From contig OZ287695.1 in NCBI GenBank assembly GCA_965649825.1, positions 1,849,288 through 1,913,287 on the forward strand: a stretch of 64,000 bases of DNA, in the 5' to 3' direction. A model generated the notes under the pieces. The model saw only the letters and a list, made by a program, of their open reading frames with translations, did not search any database and had not been told where the DNA came from. Source of the stretch: Penicillus capitatus (Eukaryota; Plantae; Chlorophyta). The translations under genes and the position numbers were made by a program. Shown piece after piece: positions 59,486 to 64,000 of this stretch; the first letter of the stretch is position 1, and each line of letters opens with the position of its first letter.

Positions 59486-60116
59486 CGAACGAAAGAAGGG
59501 ATAGAAATGAAAAGAGAACGCTGGGTACCGGGGAAAGGCAAGCGGGTTTAGACGACGAGAAGAAGTAACAGTGGTGGTGTATGTGAAGCTACTACGACGA
59601 AAAGACAAGGAAGGAAAGGACGTCACATCATAACGGGGTCGTGCATGTCCGAGGCGGAGGAGACGCTGACGCACTTGCGATGCGCTCTTGAAGGGTCTTG
59701 GGTCGAGGCTGCACTTTAGGCATGGAAGGAGTCGGCGGTTTGCTGACTGTCTTTTTAGATTTTTTCGTCGGACGCGGCGGGGATCTAACTGGAACCCTGC
59801 TGCAGCGCGTCGTGACGTGAGAAGAAGAAAACGCAAGCATCGTCGTCGACGTCATCGTCAAGCAAAAGGTGTCTGTGTCAAAGAGACTGGAAAATCGTTT
59901 AAAGTACTGCTAAGACGGCAACTACTGTAAGCGTTCGTTTCTGCAGAAGCAAGCCGAACGGGGAAATGTGTTTTTGCAAAATGGACCCTCTGCGCGCGAG
60001 AAGTATCTCTGCCCGAGGTGAGTCACTGACGGTTGTGGATGCTGAGCACGACAGTGAAGGTACATAGTACCCCAAAGCGTGGCGACGATGGTCGCGCCGC
60101 AGAAGAAACGCGCTGC

Positions 60117-61900
60117 TTAGCGCAATTCGTCAAGCGACTGGGCGATGCTGGCCGACATCAAGGCTGCCTTGGTGCTGACGATCTTAATGGATAGACATCG
60201 AGGGACATCTATCGCTTGAAGATACATATCATCGAGAAATACTGCAGATGGCTTAGCTCTTGGACGAAAAGCTTTGAAATGGAGCCGCAAATACGGCCAC
60301 AAGGTTGTGGATCTGAGGTGTTCATACAAAAGAAACATCTGCTCTTGGAGACCCTCCCAGTAAGCGAGACTTGAGCACAAAGGCAAGGGATATCCATCAC
60401 AGGAGTCGATGGTTGGTTCACGAGTAGCCATAGCATCGTCTCTAGTTCGATGCGCATTGTCTAACGGATATACCTTTGAGAAAAGTGTGAAGGATGGGTT
60501 TGTTAACTGTGCGTGCGAGTGTTCGTTCGTTCGTTCGTGACAGACAGACGTCTTGCCTTCAATGAGCGCCATCTAACAAATGTCGTTTCTTCTTTTCGTC
60601 GAAGGTGCCATACCACTATCTATTGTCTCGCGCATTACGATTCTTCGCCGCACACTTTTTCCTTATGCTTTGTCACCACCATAGCGACGACTGTCATAAA
60701 CGGCGATGATGTGAACGAGGGAATAGCGGTCGAAATTTCGCGACCGTGGTGCAGTCGTGTTCTTCTCCATATCGTGCCAATCACACCCCACATTTCGTTC
60801 CTCATTCCAGATCCCTCGACTATTGCACTAGGCGCTTTTCGAGAATTTCCCTTAGGACAGAGAGCACCTGCGCTGTTTCCAGTGCAAAGAAGGATTCGAG
60901 GTCAACAATAGATATGTAAGCCGTCTACTGTCTTTCCTTGGCAAAGCTGTCGCCACAGGCGATGAGAGATTATGCATCTCTCCTTTGTACGAGGCAATCG
61001 TCCGCGGAAACGACGAACAGGCGTATTCTAACGCTTGCTTGGCGAAGAGCTCCGTGGTATGCATCTATTGCTGAAGAGCATGCCCGTGTTTTTCGTCATC
61101 GTCGCCAGATAAGTGCATGTCGGTCATCCGAATCGCCACGTGCATAGTCCTAGATCTAGGTTGTACTTGTCTCGCGGTTCTTTCGTTCGTGTACACCGCC
61201 AACGGAAAAGGGTATGCGAATGCATGCTTCGCGCGTTGTGCACAGACAGAGCCGTTGTGTCAGGGCCGTGTCCTCGCACACCTCCTCGACCAGCAGTGGT
61301 CTCTTCACGCTGTTCCAGAAATCTACGCAGCGGCCTGAAATGCATTCAAAGACCACTTTCTAACTATTCAGCGACGAATTTGAGAATGTTCGTGTGCTCG
61401 TCTGGCGAAATTGAATTGCCGACTGTGAATCGATCAAGCCTTCTCCACTGTCTCCGCGTTTGCCTTTAGTAGAACTTTAAGTTGTCCCAACAGCGCAAAA
61501 CCTCGCCGGCCCATGGTCGCTCAATGCCAAGCCTTCAGGAATAGAATGTCTGGCCAACGTCTGAGATGAGTGAGTCTTTACCGATTTCTTTGTCAATGAC
61601 AGAAAAGCCAACTGTGATACATACACCCCGGCCGTCTGGCGTGGACAAGCGCACTTTATACATGTCCTTTTCTTTGATGTGCCGAACAACTCAGACGATG
61701 CCGATGGACTGTGCCACGAATACTTGAGCGGTTGCAAGGGTTGTCTCGGTGGACGATTCTATGAAGCTCCATCGACTAAGGCCGTCTGCATATAATGGTA
61801 CTCCAACGAATGCCACTATTGGCGCCAGATTGATCAATCATTTCACTTTCAACGGTGCTGACACATCTCTCGAGAGATGTGCGCCGTTCCTTAAATCTTG
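60117..61900 (-). CDS. Hypothetical multi-exon gene, structure unresolved
   Basis: Several minus-strand ORF pieces (60117-60572, 60852-61064, ~61500-61800) of coding-like composition; no recognised domain. Confidence 0.2.
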
Positions 61901-62753
61901 TGATGCTGCATTGTAAATGGGAGCTTCTAAACAGAAAGATCCTTCATCGTCGACTGATATTCATCATCCGCTATGGCATTGAATACGAATGCACTTTAAG
62001 CGAAATAAGGCAGACTGACTGGCTCACGTCCCATCGAGGGAAAGGGAACGGCAACGGGATCCTCTGAAGTGCATTGCCTTCAGAACTGCCCGCTTTGCCG
62101 CGTCTGACGCGACTCTACGACTAGACCCATCTGCAGACCGTCGCAGCAGCCAACGCTCTGCTTAGTAATCAAGATGATCAGCAACTGCTGACAAGCCGTA
62201 GCCTCCGCGCAGACTCAGATCCCAGGCCGCGGCACAGATGTATCCGTTTTTGGGTCGTACGTCTGTCTATGAATTTCTGGGGAAGGTATTTGTGGAAACA
62301 GGCATCGCGCCCATCGACTCGCCGTTTCCATCACAGAGCATCAACTCAACTCAACTCAACACGACGCCCTATCCATGTGCTTGCCGCCGTGTCTGAGAGA
62401 CAGCACATATTCCAATCTAACGGATAGGGTCTCTATATCCGTCACAGCGACAGCAGCGCGTACCGTACGATCACCTGCTGACCGTCGCACTGTACGATGT
62501 CCATAGCATCGACCCTCTCCTCTCTACCCTGAACACAGACGTTCAATTTTGGCCGTTCTCTCTGCAGCAGCGCTGTTGGATGCCGCAAGCGGCTCGAGGG
62601 TGGAGGGAAACTCACGAGCAGTCGTCGCGAGTCCTATCAGCATTTGCTTCGATGTGACATCGATGGACTAAATGGTATAAAAGCCATCGCTGTGAGTTCG
62701 ATTTCTTCAAGCGCGTTGTCGCACACGTGATTTACCAAACATCTACATACACA

Positions 62754-64000
62754 ATGCGACAAAACGTAGAAGAGGTCTACGGGTGGATCGTGGACGACGT
62801 TGTGACGAAAGTTCGGGATGTATTCGCCGAAGAGGGCATAGACGTGTACGTACGCACACGCGGTTTCCCTAACACACTTGGCGGCGGTGGTGCAGCACTT
62901 TGTTTTTCCTTGTCACTCTTTTCCTTCACTACTCATCTACCTCGTCGCGTTTCATTCGCGTCTCGCGCCTTTACTGACGGGTTTGGTCATTCGGAACCTG
63001 TTTGGTGACAGGTCCGTCCTAAACGAGTTGCGTGAGACGTGGTCGCGAAAACTGGACGAATCTGGAGCGATGGGAAATAACAGTCACAGCTCTGATGCTT
63101 GTGAATGGGCGACACCGGAAAAGACAGACAAAGCTGCCGTCGCTGCCAGACCCATCAAGACATCACACGCTGTCTCATACCATCCACCCCATCGCACGAA
63201 TAGCACAGCAGCAACAGAGTCCGTTGCATTGAGAAGTCGACTGTCGATTGGCATACCGCGGAAGAGAGTCGAGGCAGCGCCTTATGCAGCAGCACGAACC
63301 TATCTGCCAAGCGAAGCTGCTGTCATCTGGTCGGGGCCAACTGCCAATCAACATCTCTATCATCAGCACTATCCTGGAAGGGGTACTTTCATGACGGGCA
63401 TATCGAGACAACAACCGTCGCATGTGATCTCTTCAAGTCAAGCCACGCCGCAGCCAACCAGAGCATCCACGGGCATCATGGACACGCATTTGCTGATGAA
63501 TACCCTGTACAGTACTGGCACCACTACTCCAACGCGTTCACAGCCAATACGTGTCATTCCTAATGACAACGCCTTTCACCTGCAACATTTCACACCGCTG
63601 ACGACGTCTGTTTCGCCACAAGTAAGCTCGCTTCCTGCTTCACGCACGAGTGACGCGCATGAGCATGCTGACACTCACTCTGTATATGTGTGCATCTCAC
63701 TCAACTGATGTGATGAGTGTGTTGTACAGGTTCGTTTGTCTGGCAAACGAAAGGAGCCGGATGATCCGGTGTCCTTGGTATCGCACAACACGTCGACGAA
63801 GGCTGTTCGTCGCAAGAGTGGCGACAGCAAGGCGTCGAGCGTGATTCCGCAGCGCGACGGAGCTGACGAAAGACCAACAACCCCAACACCTCAATACTCT
63901 GAACAAGAAGGCACGTCATACATTTCTCACACAAAATTCTCACTCTTCATACTGCAGAACCTGACCTCGACGACGATTCCGCTTTGTCGGACGGTGACGA
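62754..64000 (+). CDS. TOA1: Transcription factor IIA large (alpha/beta) subunit, runs off the window end
   Basis: MRQNVEEVYGWIVDDVVTKVRDVFAEEGIDV|SVLNELRETWSRKL N-terminal helices, a low-complexity middle, and an acidic DLDDDSALSDGD at the window end. Confidence 0.8.

Noticed and set aside
59628-59861. Ser/Pro/Lys-rich ORF upstream of the aminotransferase
   Set aside because: Could be UTR or a short transit-like fragment; no independent evidence of coding.

Overview
Eukaryotic nuclear DNA, most likely from a gene-dense green alga (inferred from the plastid Tat subunit Hcf106, plant-type PRS and Glu:glyoxylate aminotransferase). It uses the standard code and has short (mostly ~45-55 nt) spliceosomal introns, several with GC donors. 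Two compact housekeeping blocks are present. The first (~0.3-25 kb) holds an aspartyl aminopeptidase, two tandem secreted heme peroxidases, PRS, HAUS3-like, rps13, TatB, a Sho1-like tetraspan, a pfkB kinase, Sec61beta, a HI0933 flavoprotein and a divergent RFC1. The second (~57-64 kb) holds MUB, an Ala/Glu-glyoxylate aminotransferase and the TFIIA large subunit. Between them is a ~31 kb duplication/TE-rich island with two decayed L1/Tx1-like LINEs (plus an extra 3' end), three paralogous surface-protein genes with bacterial-style Ig-like domains, an RFC1 pseudogene, a tRNA-like element and two minisatellites. The most striking observation is that both LINE-like elements carry, in the ORF1 position, a homologous Pro-rich gene. 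It has tandem PxxPxR repeats, differs between copies mostly at synonymous sites, and has a ~50-nt GTAAGT..TGTAG intron at the same position in both copies. This suggests an intron-bearing non-LTR retroelement family or a fixed LINE/host-gene partnership. All alignments and splice models were done by eye, and family assignments rest on remembered motifs rather than database searches.
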